A stretch of 64,000 bases of DNA from an uncultured Bdellovibrionales bacterium. GTDB taxonomy: Bacteria > Patescibacteriota > Minisyncoccia > Moranbacterales > JAKLHP01. The first letter of the stretch is position 1. Every line of letters starts with the position of its first letter. Made by a program: the position numbers and the translations under genes. The notes under the pieces were generated by a model. That model made no database searches and was not told the origin of the DNA. It saw nothing but the letters and a program-made list of their open reading frames with translations. The stretch lies in contig CAYTRS010000002.1 in assembly GCA_964440305.1 (NCBI GenBank), forward strand, positions 4,048 to 68,047. Reading direction: 5' to 3'. Positions 56,600 through 64,000 of this stretch are shown here, in pieces.

Positions 56600-57187
56600 T
56601 TAAAATAAAGCGGCAATAATTTGATCTGATATTTTTGCCGAATTTATTTTTTTATTAAGAAACGAATATTCCAAAAGCAATCCGTCCATCATGCCGGTAA
56701 GCATGGAAGTTAGAAGTTGGCTATCAACTTTACCGGTTAGTTTCTTACTTGCGAAAGCTTCTTCAATTATTGGTTGAATCAGATCAGCAACCCGTTCTCT
56801 TAATTGAGTAATGTGTTTTGTTATCTGTCTATCGGCCGGCGATAATTTTAACACTATAGATTTGATAAGATTTTTTTCTCTAAATCCAAACTCTAAGTAA
56901 TTCTTAATCAGTTTGTGTAATTTTTTATCAATCGTGGTTTCGTTCATCGCTTCGGTAATAGCCAAACTCAAATCATCAAAAACTTCATCCAGTACTTTTT
57001 CATAAATTTCGGCTTTACCAGTGAAATGATAGTAAAGCGCAGCTTTGGTTATATCCAGTTTTTTGGCGATATCGCTCATAGAAACACCCAAATAACTATA
57101 TTCGGAAAAAAACTGGCGGGCTGTGTCAACAATATATTTCTTGGTGTCTTGAATAACGTCTTCTGGTTGTTTTGCGATTGTTTTCAT
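56600..57187 (-). CDS. TetR/AcrR-family transcriptional regulator
   Basis: HTH ARQFFSEYSYLGVSMSDIAKKLDITKAALYYHFTGK. Confidence 0.8.
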   Translation of the reverse strand: MKTIAKQPEDVIQDTKKYIVDTARQFFSEYSYLGVSMSDIAKKLDITKAALYYHFTGKAEIYEKVLDEVFDDLSLAITEAMNETTIDKKLHKLIKNYLEFGFREKNLIKSIVLKLSPADRQITKHITQLRERVADLIQPIIEEAFASKKLTGKVDSQLLTSMLTGMMDGLLLEYSFLNKKINSAKISDQIIAALF

Positions 57188-57211
57188 GCTTTCTTGGTTA
57201 CTTCTTATTTA

Positions 57212-57227
57212 CTTACCGATAGGTAAG
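57212..57227. promoter_or_regulatory. Candidate TetR operator palindrome cttacc-gata-ggtaag
   Basis: Perfect 6-bp inverted arms with a 4-nt spacer, 25 nt upstream of the tetR start. Confidence 0.45.
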
Positions 57228-57387
57228 CTATTTTCAGTATGCCTTAGGTGCAATTATTTGTCAAGCACATGTACGGGTTTAGGCACAGGGTTTTAGATCA
57301 TAAATAAAAAAAGAAACACTTGTAATTAACAAGAGCTTCTTTTATCAGACTGAAACTAATTTGATAACCTATAAGTTATTGATACGA

Positions 57388-57430
57388 CTACAAAGAAAGG
57401 CGCGCACTCCGAAGAGTATTTTCTTTGTAG
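57388..57430. other. Stem-loop with 11-bp perfect inverted repeat (ctacaaagaaa/tttctttgtag) and 21-nt GC-rich loop
   Basis: Seen directly; lies in a 500-nt non-coding stretch between the cargo genes and the terminase module; no U-run. Confidence 0.4.
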
Positions 57431-57677
57431 AGCATTCATGTCGGAATGAGAATTGCTATGTGATTGATATCATGAATATATTTTGATGAAGTTAAGAATT
57501 ATATTTTTCCTGGACATTCGGTCTCTGTCGACCCCCTCTTGCATTTCTCCTCAAATACTCCAAGCAAAGACCTGATTATATTTCCAGGAATCTTAATCGG
57601 CTGAAACAATTATATCTCGGAGCGCGATAAGTTACGGTAAAAATCCGGTAAAGATTTCGTCAATTTTGCAGAGCACT

Positions 57678-57893
57678 TCAATAATCGATATTCTTCATCT
57701 TTTTGAAAAAACTGCGCCGGGTGCGCGACGCCACTTTCCACCAATTGACTATTTGTTTGTTTTTTATTTCAATCACCACTCTGCCGAATCCTTCTTTCTC
57801 GATGGATGCAAGATCTCTCGCAATCTCCGAAAGCAGTAGGTTGCGTTCCTGCTCGTCCGACATATTCGTTTTTCGTTTATTTGTTCGGTTCAT
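57678..57893 (-). CDS. Small basic hypothetical protein (71 aa)
   Basis: ORF track; overlaps the terminase stop by 17 nt. Confidence 0.3.
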   Translation of the reverse strand: MNRTNKRKTNMSDEQERNLLLSEIARDLASIEKEGFGRVVIEIKNKQIVNWWKVASRTRRSFFKKMKNIDY

Positions 57894-59439
57894 ACTTCAT
57901 TCTTTTTTTAAAAGCTATATGCCAATAAATCAGGGCGTGCCAAGCGTGATCCGTGCCGGTCGTCGATTCCCATTCCCGCTTTTCCTGTCCGAATTGATTG
58001 GTGACAGTTCGAGCATACATTGTCTGGGCGTGGTCTATCAGCATACGGAAAGTCGCATTATCCGGTTTCATGGCGAACTTTATTTCGCCGCGCCGCAGAG
58101 AAGAAATTGTGTCGTCGATGATGCGATTGCGCGAAGAGAGCACTTTGACTTCTTCCTCGAAAGCTTTGTCGTCCTCTTCTTTCTCGTCATTCCACCGGAT
58201 CACTTCCAGCATCTTCGGATCTTCCTTGTAAAAATTTACGTATACGCGGTACGGAAATTGGCGGGCCAGACGCAGAGCCTCCTCCGTCCATGGCATAGCG
58301 TCGATAACGCATACCCGCACGTCATAGAATTGGATAAGTTCCGCCATATATTCCCAGCGCGTTTTGTTCGGATGATCTTTTATTTTACCGATCCAAAAAA
58401 TTCCCTTGGCATTGCCGATTACGATGTGATTCTCATCCCCGGTATCCGCGCCCATCACATTCCAGCCGGATGTTTCAACTTCTTCATTTGTAATATTGCG
58501 AAGAAACAAGCTTTGTGAAACTTTTTGATCCGATGCGATATATGGCAATCCGAGGACGAAATTGTAGAAATATTTTTGGTCTTCGGCGCTGGCTTCTTCA
58601 TCAAGAAGATCGGCCGCACTGCGCCATGGACATATCATCTGGCTGATCCAATATCCGCTTATTGGCTCTCCCGGATACCGGGCTTTCCATCGGCCGGTAT
58701 CGCAGACCCAGCGAGGAGTGATTTCCTTCCGACATTTCTGGCAGACATAAATCCTTCGCTCGCGATCGACATTCTTTTCCCAATCCATATGCTGTTCATA
58801 ATCGCAATGAGGACAATTAAACCGCCAGTGTTTTTGGTCTGATTGTCCGAACAGACGATCTATTCCTACATCCGGAACTGTCGGGGTTGAAAAATAATGC
58901 TGGCTTCTTATTTTCGAAAATCCCATACGGCTGGTATAGTCGCGAATGACCTCGGGCTTGGATTTGTCGAGTTCATCATGAATGTTGCGGTCCGAGGTAA
59001 GCATAATGGCTTCCTTTTCTGTATATGTCCCCTTAAAAAACAGGAATGATTTTCCGATCTGTTTTTGCTCTATTGAATCCACATCTCTTCCGCTCACTCC
59101 TTCCAAAACGCAAGGATTTGTTTTCACGATCCTGTTCACTTTGCTTTTTACAAACTCGGCCACGTCATCCGCCGTCGGCAAAGTGTAAATTTGATTGATA
59201 CCCCAGAAGCGCGCCGCGTGGATCGCCCGCAAAATTTCCATCGTGCTCGCTCCGATCTGCGAACCTTTGCGTATGGCTTGCATCGGGGTTCTGTCCGAAT
59301 AAATATCCAGCATAAAACGGTGGTCAGAAAATTCGATTGGTTCTCCGCTTTCGCTTTTTATTTTATTCCGCTTGATCCAATACAGAATGCTACTTTTTTG
59401 TTTTTCCTTTTCGTCCATAGAAATCTTTGATGGTTTCAT
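57877..59439 (-). CDS. Phage terminase large subunit (GpA/lambda-like family)
   Basis: N-terminal ATPase region (…IRKGSQIGASTMEI…), Zn-ribbon-like CPHCDYEQ…CQKCRKEI, C-terminal nuclease region with acidic residues; 520 aa. Confidence 0.65.
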   Translation of the reverse strand: MKPSKISMDEKEKQKSSILYWIKRNKIKSESGEPIEFSDHRFMLDIYSDRTPMQAIRKGSQIGASTMEILRAIHAARFWGINQIYTLPTADDVAEFVKSKVNRIVKTNPCVLEGVSGRDVDSIEQKQIGKSFLFFKGTYTEKEAIMLTSDRNIHDELDKSKPEVIRDYTSRMGFSKIRSQHYFSTPTVPDVGIDRLFGQSDQKHWRFNCPHCDYEQHMDWEKNVDRERRIYVCQKCRKEITPRWVCDTGRWKARYPGEPISGYWISQMICPWRSAADLLDEEASAEDQKYFYNFVLGLPYIASDQKVSQSLFLRNITNEEVETSGWNVMGADTGDENHIVIGNAKGIFWIGKIKDHPNKTRWEYMAELIQFYDVRVCVIDAMPWTEEALRLARQFPYRVYVNFYKEDPKMLEVIRWNDEKEEDDKAFEEEVKVLSSRNRIIDDTISSLRRGEIKFAMKPDNATFRMLIDHAQTMYARTVTNQFGQEKREWESTTGTDHAWHALIYWHIAFKKRMKYEPNK

Positions 59440-59962
59440 CTATTGCCAATCCCAATTCCTCTTCTTCCGCAGTCGGCGGCTTTTGCTCTTCTTCCTTGAT
59501 GCTCAATTCATGTTTGCCGAGGGACTCGCCCATCTCGGTGCGGAACATTTCCCATAGCTTTTTTATCTCATCCACCGTCGACCCCTCTCCCTTTTTTATC
59601 TGTTTTTTGAGAACCTGCAATTTTTCCCAAAATATCTCAGCAATAACACCAACTTTCTTCTGTTTAATTTCCTGGGCCTTTTTATGAAGACTCTCCAAAT
59701 CTTCGGTTAGTTTCAGGTCTTTTCGTTCGACCCAGCGAAATTTTGAAGACCATTCGGCAATAGTTCTGAGTGTCGGCGGAGCTCCTAATCGCCCCCTGAG
59801 ACCGGCCATTTCCGATGAAGAGTCAATGAAGCCTTGATGAAGTCCTTCCCACATGCGGTGGAGCTTCTCCAAGCTCCCTGATTCGCAATACAAAAGCCAG
59901 GCAGTGTATTGCTGTTCTGTCTCTTTCGGCATTTTGGAGGTTGTAAGAATTGGCTTGCTCAT
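59390..59962 (-). CDS. Putative terminase small subunit / DNA-packaging protein (by position)
   Basis: 190 aa; overlaps the TerL start by 50 nt; charged C-terminal half; preceded by direct repeats. Confidence 0.35.
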   Translation of the reverse strand: MSKPILTTSKMPKETEQQYTAWLLYCESGSLEKLHRMWEGLHQGFIDSSSEMAGLRGRLGAPPTLRTIAEWSSKFRWVERKDLKLTEDLESLHKKAQEIKQKKVGVIAEIFWEKLQVLKKQIKKGEGSTVDEIKKLWEMFRTEMGESLGKHELSIKEEEQKPPTAEEEELGLAIDETIKDFYGRKGKTKK

Positions 59963-59977
59963 AATCGACCGGAGACC

Positions 59978-60028
59978 ATGGTGAACCCTGGTGAAAATTA
60001 ACCAGAGGTCATAGTGAACCCGGGTGCT
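59978..60028. repeat. Two direct repeats CAT(G/A)GTGAACCC(T/G)GGTG flanking a small inverted repeat ctggtgaaaattaaccag; candidate pac/TerS-binding site
   Basis: catggtgaaccctggtg (59978-59994) and catagtgaacccgggtg (60010-60026), immediately upstream of the TerS-like gene. Confidence 0.4.
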
Positions 60029-61300
60029 TTAGTTTTTTATTTTGACTTTTTCCCAACGCTTTCTGATCACATCGCACCAGCGCGGATCCAGCTCCAACAG
60101 ATAGCATGTTCGACCCAATTTATTGGCGGCAAAAAGCGTGCTGCCCGATCCGCCGAAAAAATCGACGACAGTGTTTCCGACCCGACTGGAATTTTTGATG
60201 GCTCGCATGATGAGCCACTCCGGTTTTTCGGTCGGATGCGCCATCTTGGTGACAGCCTTTCTCGGCATATCCCATACGTCGCTTTCGTTGTTGTCTCCAT
60301 AGAAATAATGTCGCTCTCCCTTTTTCCAGCCGTACATAATCGGCTGAGCTTTCGTTTTGCTTTTGCTTCTTTTAGCCTTCATGATTTGCTCGTATTGCTT
60401 CTTGTAGTCGCCCCAGCCGATGGAAAAAGACGGTTTCACCCATACGAGTGTCGATGAAAATTCAAAACCTGAATTGAGCATCTCGTAGTACCACAGAGAA
60501 TAACTGGTATAGCCGGTGCAGACATAAATCACTGCGCCCGGCTTCAGAATTTCATGATAATTTTCAAACACCTTTTTGCTGAATGCCTCGAAATCTTCCT
60601 GACTTTGCTGATCGCCAAGAATCCTGCCCTGCTCGGTCGGAAATTTTCCTTTCTTTTCATGACTGATGTGATCCACATTGTATGGCGGATCGGTAAAGAC
60701 CATATCGGCTTTTACCTCCCCCATTAGTTTTTTTACATCTTCGATTTTCGTCGCGTCTCCGCACATGAGACGATGCTTTCCGAGTTTATAAATTTCGCCA
60801 TACTTCGATTCCGGCTTTTTTATTTCCTCGTATTCTTCTTCGACAGTTTTCTCCTCTTCATCAAGCTCATCAAGTATCCGACTGTCAAGAAGATTGCTGA
60901 TTTCCACTTCATTGAAACCGGTAACCGAAAGATCAAAATCTGAATGGTTAAGTTCCACCATGAGATCGGCCAACTTCTCATCATTCCAATCTCGCCGCTC
61001 GGCAATCTTATTCAAGGCTAGACTCAGCGCCTTTTCTTCTTCTTCAGGCAAATCCACCAAATCCACATTTTCCTTCGGTATCGTTTCCCAGCCCAACTCC
61101 TTGAGAACCATGACGGTCATATTACCGCCAATAATGAATCCTGTGCGGTTTTTATGAGCATTGACCGTTATCAATCCTCGGAGTCCGAATCTTTCGACTG
61201 ATTTCTTCAATGCATCTATATCTTCTTGTTTGATATCCCGCGGATTGTAAGGCGGATGTTTGAGATCAGATATTTTTATTGTTTTCGTATTTTTATCCAT
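60029..61300 (-). CDS. ParB-like nuclease domain + DNA N6-adenine/N4-cytosine methyltransferase fusion (phage-type)
   Basis: N-terminal ParBc pattern (…HPPYNPRD…ALKKSVERFGL…); methyltransferase motif IV VFTDPPYN; C-terminal SAM-binding …VVDFFGGSGSTL. Confidence 0.8.
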   Translation of the reverse strand: MDKNTKTIKISDLKHPPYNPRDIKQEDIDALKKSVERFGLRGLITVNAHKNRTGFIIGGNMTVMVLKELGWETIPKENVDLVDLPEEEEKALSLALNKIAERRDWNDEKLADLMVELNHSDFDLSVTGFNEVEISNLLDSRILDELDEEEKTVEEEYEEIKKPESKYGEIYKLGKHRLMCGDATKIEDVKKLMGEVKADMVFTDPPYNVDHISHEKKGKFPTEQGRILGDQQSQEDFEAFSKKVFENYHEILKPGAVIYVCTGYTSYSLWYYEMLNSGFEFSSTLVWVKPSFSIGWGDYKKQYEQIMKAKRSKSKTKAQPIMYGWKKGERHYFYGDNNESDVWDMPRKAVTKMAHPTEKPEWLIMRAIKNSSRVGNTVVDFFGGSGSTLFAANKLGRTCYLLELDPRWCDVIRKRWEKVKIKN

Positions 61301-61521
61301 AGGCGTGTTAAAAATAATTTAAAACGAATCCTTGTGCGCACCCACTTCGGAAGATCAGTGAATCTTTCCACAATATTTTCTCGCTGGATCAATTCTATGC
61401 GTCTTCTCCGTGCTTCAACCAGCAAGGCAGAAGGGATGCGAATATCTTCCGATGGACTATTCCCCCTTTGAGGAAGGATCTTCCTTCGGTAAAATTTTGG
61501 TTCTGACATATTCTTCTTCAA
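61276..61521 (-). CDS. Small basic hypothetical protein (81 aa)
   Basis: ORF track; overlapping arrangement in the phage module. Confidence 0.3.
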   Translation of the reverse strand: MKKNMSEPKFYRRKILPQRGNSPSEDIRIPSALLVEARRRRIELIQRENIVERFTDLPKWVRTRIRFKLFLTRLWIKIRKQ

Positions 61522-61753
61522 TTAATTTTTTTGTTGTTAGGATGGCGTGTTCGACTTTTTCGGTTCGCTCGTTATATTCTGCCACCATTTCCTTCTTGGT
61601 TTTTTGACCGTCTAAATTGAATGGAGTCAAACGAGGAATCACCACGTCATCATCTTCGCGGTCTTCAAGATTGCGAATCGCAATTTCCAACCGCAACATT
61701 TCTTCCAATAGCGAGTCGTGAATCGACTCTAAAATTTCAAGTCTGGTTTTCAT
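61457..61753 (-). CDS. Hypothetical protein (98 aa, helical)
   Basis: ORF track. Confidence 0.3.
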   Translation of the reverse strand: MKTRLEILESIHDSLLEEMLRLEIAIRNLEDREDDDVVIPRLTPFNLDGQKTKKEMVAEYNERTEKVEHAILTTKKLIEEEYVRTKILPKEDPSSKGE

Positions 61754-62055
61754 ATTGTTGTAATTTCGAACTTATCTGTTTTCTCATTCCAACGCCAATA
61801 TTCTTTTGATGTATGCGGAGGTCTTGGAAATGCAAACATTCGTTCCTGGTCAGCTCTTGATCGGGAACTGAAGCGCTCCGAACTGACTTGAATAAAACGA
61901 ATTTCTTTTTTCCCCACTGCTACCAAATCCCAACACCCAAAAAGATCCTGCGGTTGAAATTTTGCAACACGGGCTTTTTCGATCCAATAGCCTTCCTGAG
62001 AAATAATATCCTGCGCTTTTTTCTCGATAATTTTTCCTTTTTGAGTTCGATTCAT
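61750..62055 (-). CDS. Small PD-(D/E)xK-like nuclease candidate (101 aa)
   Basis: …EGYWIEKARVAKFQPQDLFGCWDLVAVGKKEIRFIQVSS… resembles an E…D…(E/Q)VK core; weak. Confidence 0.3.
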   Translation of the reverse strand: MNRTQKGKIIEKKAQDIISQEGYWIEKARVAKFQPQDLFGCWDLVAVGKKEIRFIQVSSERFSSRSRADQERMFAFPRPPHTSKEYWRWNEKTDKFEITTI

Positions 62056-62120
62056 AATTATTTAATATGGCGGATTTTGTTTTTTTGTCCCGCCCTTAGC
62101 GGCAAGGCCGCCGATGCCTG

Positions 62121-62402
62121 TTAAAGTCCGACTGACGTCGGTCTGGCACTGCGCGGAAGTTCCGGCACGTCAAGCCGAACACTGACTCGAGCTTTGCTTC
62201 TGCGACCGACAAGATTCATGATCGAGCGTATCGCTTTGATAGCGCGTCCGTCTTTCCCGATCACGATTCCCGCATCGCCTTCGCCAAGCTTCACTGAAAG
62301 GAGAACGCCCATCTCATCAACATGCCTTGCTACCTGCACCTGTTCCGGATAAGTAACAATGGCCTGCAAAATCGCCTCCAATAAATTTTGATCTTGTTCC
62401 AT
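62121..62402 (-). CDS. KH-domain RNA-binding protein (KhpA-like)
   Basis: …LGEGDAGIVIGKDGRAIKAIRSIMNLVG… KH GXXG-loop signature. Confidence 0.6.
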   Translation of the reverse strand: MEQDQNLLEAILQAIVTYPEQVQVARHVDEMGVLLSVKLGEGDAGIVIGKDGRAIKAIRSIMNLVGRRSKARVSVRLDVPELPRSARPTSVGL

Positions 62403-62506
62403 AGCTTTTTTCTTTATGATTTTTTATCTTTTAGCCGCCTGTCGACCGCAGGCAGAAATGTGGATTAGCCACACTTGGAGAGTCAGACTTTCCGATTCCG
62501 AACACC

Positions 62507-63787
62507 TCAGGTGTCGCCAATGCTTTCTTCGGTTTTTCTTATTGCTCTCATAATCTCAATTGCCACTTGCGGGACAATCGCATTTCCGAGAGCCTTCAGT
62601 CTCTCTATCCGATGTCTTGATTTTGACAATTCAAGTCCGTCCAGTTCTGCGGATAGCCCATCATCCACTCCACAAAGTTCGGTTGCAACCTCAAGCCAGG
62701 AGCGTTCCCAACTTTTTCTCTCAAATTTGAACACCCACCTTTTTTTGCCTGATCGCTTCTTTCTTCCGGCTTTCTGATATCGTTCCGCATATCCATCACG
62801 CTCGGAGTGGGAAGCATGGCCAATACATCTTTTACTTTCACACCGAATCTCACTCCTTTTCGATTTACTCTGCTCCATCGTCCGTTTTTCAATTCCGCGT
62901 TCTTTACCGGCGACCCTTCTTTTTCGCTCACTCTCGGTGTCGGAAGCAACGCATTTATCGCTTCCTGAACTTGTTCTCCCATATTGTGTTTTCCCCTGTC
63001 TCTCATCGCCGCTCGACTGTCTTGCGCCTTCGGCGTTCCCAAAAGCTGCGGCCACAAGCGAGTTTTTCTCAAATCGCTCGCCCCTCCCGCCAAAAGCTGT
63101 TCGTAAAGATTGCCGGGCGGAACCGTGTTGCGCCCTGACTTGTTTCTGTTTGCCTGACGCTTCAGATAGCTTTCCGGATTTTTTCTTTCTATCGGCCGTA
63201 TCGCCGACGGCGTGAGCAACAAACCAGATTCGGTCTCTTCGGTGCGGAGCGTTGACGGCGACAGCTGGAATAATAAACGGCTGGATTTCGTAACCGGAAT
63301 TTTCCAGGTCAAGACACACTTGCTCGAATACCATTCCGTTTTGCATAGTAAACAATCCGCGCACATTTTCAGCGATGACCCAGCGCGGTTTTGTAAGGCG
63401 GATGACTCGAAGCATTTCCGGCCAGAGATAGCGGTCGTCATCGGTTCCCCGTCTTTTTCCGGCTTGGGAGAACGGTTGACACGGAAAGCCGCCCGTGAGG
63501 AGGTCAATACATCCCAAATTTCTGGATTGCTCAACACAAAATTCGTTGCTCCTTTTGCTTTCCAACTCTTGCTTGTTTTTCGTTGTATGTGGTCGCTTGC
63601 CGAAGGAGTTGGCAATAGATTTGATTTCTTTGATGTCCTCATATATTTTTGAATTTGGAAATCTTAATTTCAATAATCTCTGGCAGTAGGAATCGTTATC
63701 GCAAAAAACATGTTCCGAATTGGGCCAGACTTCTTCGACTGCCAGAGCGAAGCCGCCGATGCCTGAAAATAAATCAAGATGTTTCAT
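62507..63787 (-). CDS. DNA (cytosine-5)-methyltransferase whose conserved motifs are split across two overlapping reading frames (possible frameshift, pseudogene or recoding)
   Basis: Frame A (426-aa ORF): motif I DLFSGIGG, motif IV GGFPCQPFSQAG, motif VI ENVRGL, motif VIII-like APHRRDRIWFVA, then about 190 aa of R/K/E/S low-complexity, then C-terminal motif X LKALGNAIVPQV. Frame B (ORF 62605-63642): LLPTPSASD / LLLTPSAIRP / LLPTPRVSE / MLPTPSVMD repeats and motif-IX-like FVEWMMGYPQNWT. Confidence 0.55.
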   Translation of the reverse strand: MKHLDLFSGIGGFALAVEEVWPNSEHVFCDNDSYCQRLLKLRFPNSKIYEDIKEIKSIANSFGKRPHTTKNKQELESKRSNEFCVEQSRNLGCIDLLTGGFPCQPFSQAGKRRGTDDDRYLWPEMLRVIRLTKPRWVIAENVRGLFTMQNGMVFEQVCLDLENSGYEIQPFIIPAVAVNAPHRRDRIWFVAHAVGDTADRKKKSGKLSEASGKQKQVRAQHGSARQSLRTAFGGRGERFEKNSLVAAAFGNAEGARQSSGDERQGKTQYGRTSSGSDKCVASDTESERKRRVAGKERGIEKRTMEQSKSKRSEIRCESKRCIGHASHSERDGYAERYQKAGRKKRSGKKRWVFKFERKSWERSWLEVATELCGVDDGLSAELDGLELSKSRHRIERLKALGNAIVPQVAIEIMRAIRKTEESIGDT

Positions 63788-63799
63788 ATGCTTTTCTTT

Positions 63800-64000
63800 T
63801 TATTTTCGCGAAATACTGAATGATTCCTTCAGCTTCTTGAGCGCCTCGACCATTACGCTCATCGCGTTCGCTTCATTTTCGGTTTTCAGTTTTCTGCCAT
63901 TGCCATACTGCAAAGCAATTCTTTCCAGGTTTCCGTAGAAACCATATTCTCGGGAACTTGCTTTGATGAAATCCCTGATCACTTCTTTGCAAAGCGCCGC
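63800..64000 (-). CDS. Hypothetical protein, probably 5'-truncated by the window end
   Basis: ORF 63800-63982 (60 aa) in the track; a longer true gene beyond the window is possible. Confidence 0.25.
   Translation of the reverse strand, partial: AALCKEVIRDFIKASSREYGFYGNLERIALQYGNGRKLKTENEANAMSVMVEALKKLKESFSISRK

Noticed and set aside
62605-63642. The 345-aa ORF as an independent gene
   Set aside because: Its conserved features (LLPTP…D repeats, …MGYPQNW) look like the TRD/motif-IX part of the same m5C methyltransferase whose other motifs are in the overlapping frame. I treated it as part of a frame-disrupted methyltransferase, not a separate gene.
1-64000. CRISPR arrays, rRNA, tRNA/tmRNA
   Set aside because: I scanned intergenic regions by eye and found no evenly spaced direct repeats and no T-loop/acceptor-like tRNA signatures. 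Short candidates (e.g. around 20690-20860) fail cloverleaf expectations.

Overview
This is a low-GC bacterial window, coded almost entirely on the minus strand, with three parts. I did not see Shine-Dalgarno sequences upstream of most genes. All calls come from reading ORF translations and the DNA by eye, with no database searches.

(1) Positions 1-16242 hold a phage or prophage virion-structural module: portal, small proteins, a very acidic scaffold-like protein, a major-capsid-like protein, small proteins, a tail protein with a C-terminal T7-lysozyme-type amidase_2 domain, tail proteins, a repeat-rich tail fibre, a coiled-coil protein, and an ORF of more than 1189 aa that runs off the window start. 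The order resembles podovirus/T7-like modules. A palindromic ATTAATTAA motif recurs 12-30 nt upstream of several structural-gene starts. Two GC-rich stem-loops follow the capsid gene.

(2) Positions 16.5-57.2 kb hold cargo or host-like genes. These include a SHOCT membrane protein and a His-rich CopB-type P1B ATPase, MltG, two secreted proteins with a strong bidirectional terminator, and a Schlafen/AlbA_2 regulator-like protein. They also include a MarR-HlyD-HlyD-MFS(DHA2) efflux operon. A defense island follows: a Dcm m5C methyltransferase plus a GHKL/MORC-like ATPase with a C-terminal HEPN-like RNxxxH motif; an uncharacterized three-gene operon (DUF4160-fusion, an 823-aa membrane-anchored protein, a 370-aa protein); and an Mrr_N-like HTH/Hjc-like nuclease fusion joined to a complete Type I R-M operon (hsdM-hsdS-hsdR). 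The hsdS gene carries an (ELEA)x3 12-bp tandem repeat. Each of the three defense operons is preceded by a copy of a conserved 70-120 nt intergenic element. Downstream lie a protein with squalene-cyclase-like DxDDT/QW motifs and two DDxxD motifs (terpene-synthase-like), a two-component system, a 115-aa KcsA-like K+ channel (TVGYGD), a CDGSH Fe-S protein, two GT4 glycosyltransferases, a MacAB-like ABC efflux system, patatin plus a CrtC/AttH-like protein, and a TetR gene with a palindromic operator.

(3) Positions 57.7-64 kb hold a second phage-like module: a GpA-like large terminase, a TerS-like ORF preceded by direct repeats, a ParB-N6/N4 methyltransferase fusion, small proteins, a KH-domain protein, and an m5C methyltransferase whose motifs are split across two overlapping frames.

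I saw no CRISPR array, rRNA or tRNA.
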